A DNA stretch of 64,000 nucleotides from a virus. The translations under genes were made by a program, and so were the position numbers. Position 1 is the first letter of the stretch; each line of letters begins with the position of its first letter. The notes beneath the pieces were generated by a model. That model saw only the letters and a program-made list of their open reading frames with translations. It searched no databases and was not told the origin of the DNA. The stretch lies in IMG/VR virus record IMGVR_UViG_3300027977_000007. One strand, given 5' to 3'. Of this stretch, positions 60,991-64,000 are shown one piece after another.

Positions 60991-62556
60991 TTAAAAACTT
61001 TCTAAGCTACTTCGTTTCCAACCATTAGTAGTCTTAATATATATGTGGTTATCATCCATAGTGATATTACCTACATTACCATATGTATCGTTAGATGATG
61101 TAGGTGTATATGCTGGTATTGATAATGAATTTGGTTTAAAATCATTATTTGTTGTCCAATTACCATCATTATCTATTACTAGGGTTGCTGGTGTATCATT
61201 GTTAATACCATGTAAGACACTAATACCGCCACCAATGGCTGTTTCTTTAGTTCCACCATAGTTTAAATCGATATTATTGTCTTCAGCAATGATACTTTGT
61301 GTTTGTAGGTATGTATTTGTAACATTTGACCCACCACTGTACATTTCTTTTACGGCCTCAACCAATAAAGCGGTTATATCCTTGTACTGAACACCTAAAT
61401 AATTGTCGGAACCACTAGTAAATGTCAATTCTGGTACGATATTATTAACTTCTTGTGCAATAAAACCATATCTAACACCATCACCACCAGCATTTCTATC
61501 TTTCCAGTTATATGTTACGCCTCTAAGGTTAAGAACCTTATCTAAAGCGTTAGTTATAACCATTACATTTTCCTTAAGACGTATATCTGAAGCTTGATTT
61601 ACTACGTTACCGTTAGCATCGACACCAATATCAGTTGCACCTGGTCCAGCACCGATTGTTTTTATGTTTAAGCTATTAACATACGTAAAATTGTTGCTCG
61701 TACCAGTTATATTATCACCCAAAACAATTGAACCATCACCACCAGCTATACTATTTTGACCATGTACGAAGCTAGTTAAGCCACTTGCAATTGATGAATA
61801 ACCACCAGCATGTGAATAACCACCAATTGCATTATTTTGATGACCTTCAGTTAATGAATATTCACCAAGAGCCACTGATTCCCGATTAATTATTGATATA
61901 CCAGTATTAATTGAGCCAGTAGTTGCCGACCAATAACCACTACCAGCTCCAGTAACAGACCATTGACCCTTACCTTCAGTGTTGGCACAAGTCCAAACAT
62001 ACCCCACTTGCGGTGACTTCGTTATTATCAAATCTTCGGTTCTAGTAATACCCACGGTATCAACCCATATTGTACGACCAGAATAATCCAGTCCATTAGC
62101 GCTAATAAATTGTAAAGCATTGGTAAATATCGTTCCACTATATGCCCCAGCACCTAAGTTAGTCATAGATGTTACGAATACATCATAACTAACACCACTA
62201 TAATTGACATAATAATTATAACCGTCAACAGTTGTAGCTGATGTAACACCAACAAAGTACCCATCAACATTTTGTGTTGTAGCACTGTTTGTTGGTGTAA
62301 TAGCGGATAGCGTTGATTGAGCAATACTCATGCTTGGATTAGCCCAAGTAAATACCGTTGTACCAGAATTACCTGAAAATGAACTAACTAAACTTAATTG
62401 GGTTTGAGTAATCGCTGTAGTCGTTAAATCTGGGCCAGTTGTTAGTGCACTATAAGCTACACCAAATATAGTACCACCAGATAATATCGTGAAACTCTCT
62501 GGTGATTGTTTGACTTGTCTATTGTTGGAAAAATCTAATTTTGTTCTAAACGACAT
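60991..62556 (-). CDS. Tail fibre/spike with YadA-like head repeats and S74 intramolecular chaperone domain (start revised from 62769)
   Basis: S.A.G/S...G repeats; SDIRLKENV...ALDKV.NLRGVTYNWK...GFIAQEV...LLVEAVKE; late motif before ATG 62556. Confidence 0.8.
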   Translation of the reverse strand: MSFRTKLDFSNNRQVKQSPESFTILSGGTIFGVAYSALTTGPDLTTTAITQTQLSLVSSFSGNSGTTVFTWANPSMSIAQSTLSAITPTNSATTQNVDGYFVGVTSATTVDGYNYYVNYSGVSYDVFVTSMTNLGAGAYSGTIFTNALQFISANGLDYSGRTIWVDTVGITRTEDLIITKSPQVGYVWTCANTEGKGQWSVTGAGSGYWSATTGSINTGISIINRESVALGEYSLTEGHQNNAIGGYSHAGGYSSIASGLTSFVHGQNSIAGGDGSIVLGDNITGTSNNFTYVNSLNIKTIGAGPGATDIGVDANGNVVNQASDIRLKENVMVITNALDKVLNLRGVTYNWKDRNAGGDGVRYGFIAQEVNNIVPELTFTSGSDNYLGVQYKDITALLVEAVKEMYSGGSNVTNTYLQTQSIIAEDNNIDLNYGGTKETAIGGGISVLHGINNDTPATLVIDNDGNWTTNNDFKPNSLSIPAYTPTSSNDTYGNVGNITMDDNHIYIKTTNGWKRSSLESF

Positions 62557-62570
62557 TTTGTGTGTTTTCT

Positions 62571-62602
62571 TATAAATATTCTGTCTTTTGATTATATTTA
62601 TA
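62571..62602. promoter_or_regulatory. Back-to-back divergent late-promoter motifs
   Basis: tataaatat (62571-62579, serves the minus gene) and atatttata (62594-62602, serves the plus gene). Confidence 0.65.
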
Positions 62603-62616
62603 ATAAAAGACAAATT

Positions 62617-63093
62617 ATGGCTACATTTAAAAAGAAAGACATAATGGAATTGGTTGGTGGTGATATTTATTCTAACGGTGGTGATAAGAATACCAACGGT
62701 GACAGCGAAATTGAAACTGGTCCAGTACAGAAATCTTATACTGATAATTCTGATTATGAAAAAGGCCAATCAACGACAACGGATAAAGTTACTAGTCGCT
62801 ATCGACAAGATATACCTTGGTTCGCAACATACTCGTATGGTGGTAGGCGAAGCCTTGGTGGGTTACAAGTATATGAATCCAACACAAGGGTTTTAACTAA
62901 AAATTCAGTTGAAGAAAAGATAGAGGACTTGGTTAAAAAAAGCAAAGCAACAGATATAAACCCAAAAGATTATAATCCTAAATTGGCTAATATCTTAGAT
63001 GAAATAAATGATACCGATTTAACTGAGAAACAACTAGAAGAATTAAAAAAAGCTATAGAAGATAAGGTAATGAAAAAACTTAAAAATCTATAA
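62617..63093 (+). CDS. Hypothetical late protein (start revised from 62560)
   Basis: ATG at 62617 (MATFKKKDIMELVGGD) follows the late motif. Confidence 0.6.
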   Translation: MATFKKKDIMELVGGDIYSNGGDKNTNGDSEIETGPVQKSYTDNSDYEKGQSTTTDKVTSRYRQDIPWFATYSYGGRRSLGGLQVYESNTRVLTKNSVEEKIEDLVKKSKATDINPKDYNPKLANILDEINDTDLTEKQLEELKKAIEDKVMKKLKNL

Positions 63094-63094
63094 T

Positions 63095-63547
63095 ATGGCA
63101 AATCAGAATCTAAAGAATAAAACCTATAATTTAGATGGTGATGAATTTAACTATCAAGCATTGGCTATGCAACAGTCTAGATTAAAAAAAGCACAAGAAA
63201 ATTGTCAAAATGATAATGATTGTGGTGAATTTAATAAATTGGGTGGTGTTTCCAAACTTAATCGTTTAGATACAATAATTGGCAAAGAACAAGATGTTGA
63301 TTATCAAAAGAAAAAAGTTGGAATGGATGCTGGTAGAGAAAACCAATTCATAAAAACCCACGAAAAAGATAAGGATAACGCCAATCCAACAGGCATTGGT
63401 GGTATACCTAAAATAAATAAAGGTTCCATTAATAGAAAAATAATGTCTAATAAGGAAGTATATAATGAAAATTTAGATAAAGAAATATATAACATTAGAT
63501 ATTTAATAGAATATATGAATAATAACAATAAAAAACAAAAACTATAA
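63095..63547 (+). CDS. Hypothetical protein
   Basis: 150 aa; starts 1 nt after the upstream stop. Confidence 0.6.
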   Translation: MANQNLKNKTYNLDGDEFNYQALAMQQSRLKKAQENCQNDNDCGEFNKLGGVSKLNRLDTIIGKEQDVDYQKKKVGMDAGRENQFIKTHEKDKDNANPTGIGGIPKINKGSINRKIMSNKEVYNENLDKEIYNIRYLIEYMNNNNKKQKL

Positions 63548-63550
63548 GCT

Positions 63551-63934
63551 ATGCCAGTAGGAAGTCCGTATAATGGTGGGCAGTCACCTTTAGAAGCTGC
63601 TGCTATTGCTCAAAGAGCATTTTTAATACCAGCAAACACATATAATAATGCTGCCGCAGCAAATGAATATAGCGCAACGCACACAAGAGCGCTATCAGAT
63701 ACACTTACGCCAATTTATGGTAAGGGTTCTGGACAATTCTTGGATATCGAAAACTATGCTGGTGTTGGTGGTGAATGGGACGTAAACGGTAACCAATCAA
63801 ACTCTGTTGGTTCAGGTAGAAACCCATTATTAACACTAAATAGTGCTACTTGGGGTTATGGGCCAGCTGGCTTGGGTTACAGTGTTTACGTAAGTCCTAA
63901 TACATCATTAAACATAGGTCAAGTAATTATCTAA
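63551..63934 (+). CDS. Hypothetical, probably virion protein
   Basis: 127 aa, G/A/N/S-rich. Confidence 0.55.
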   Translation: MPVGSPYNGGQSPLEAAAIAQRAFLIPANTYNNAAAANEYSATHTRALSDTLTPIYGKGSGQFLDIENYAGVGGEWDVNGNQSNSVGSGRNPLLTLNSATWGYGPAGLGYSVYVSPNTSLNIGQVII

Positions 63935-63935
63935 T

Positions 63936-64000
63936 ATGAAGCTTTACAATTTATACGAAACAGTTATATTAGAAGAAATTGCTAAAAATCGAAGGATTTT
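63936..64000 (+). CDS. Partial CDS running off the right edge
   Basis: MKLYNLYETVILEEIAKNRRI... Confidence 0.5.
   Translation, partial: MKLYNLYETVILEEIAKNRRI

Noticed and set aside
62557-62769. Overlapping N-terminal extensions of ORFs 60991..62769 and 62560..63093 (also track starts 15094, 39095, 41774)
   Set aside because: The extensions cross promoter motifs, hairpins or terminators; downstream ATGs fit better
1881-63528. Many short 60-140 aa ORF-track entries antisense to or nested in long genes
   Set aside because: They are shadow frames of well-supported genes and show no motifs or promoters of their own
1-64000. Stop-codon reassignment
   Set aside because: Genes are long and dense in code 11; TAA ends most genes and TAG ends the tube gene; the two in-frame TAA cases are local
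1-64000. tRNA or rRNA genes
   Set aside because: Intergenic gaps are short and AT-rich and no cloverleaf or T-loop signatures were seen by eye; a tRNAscan run would confirm

Overview
This window is part of an AT-rich large or jumbo myovirus genome with distant T4-like organisation, read in standard genetic code. The host is very probably Bacteroidota: there are TTG-N20-TAnnTTTG promoters, no Shine-Dalgarno sites, an SSB ending in DDLPF and SprB-like repeats. It holds a minus-strand tail and baseplate module (gp6-, gp25- and gp53-like proteins, a hub with M15 and GH24 hydrolases, tape measure, tube, sheath, neck proteins, fibres). Interleaved replication genes include nrdB, nrdA, DnaB helicase, a 5'-3' exonuclease, a RecA-like protein, a gp32-like SSB, an SNF2 helicase, glutaredoxin and a family B polymerase. 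Most notable: (1) nrdA is fractured at its active site by a naturally split intein, with a GIY-YIG endonuclease between the halves behind a 16-bp hairpin that contains a late-promoter motif; (2) a probable +1/-2 frameshift (AAC TTT TTT TGG) in the tail assembly chaperone; (3) a Vsr-like endonuclease flanked by 38-bp perfect direct repeats that supply its promoter; (4) an orphan early promoter, IHF-like site and ~11% GC tract that form a candidate origin; (5) a polymerase with an SSB-like C-terminal tail; (6) two neighbouring in-frame TAA interruptions at a decaying fibre locus. All functional calls come from motif recognition by eye; no database searches were run.
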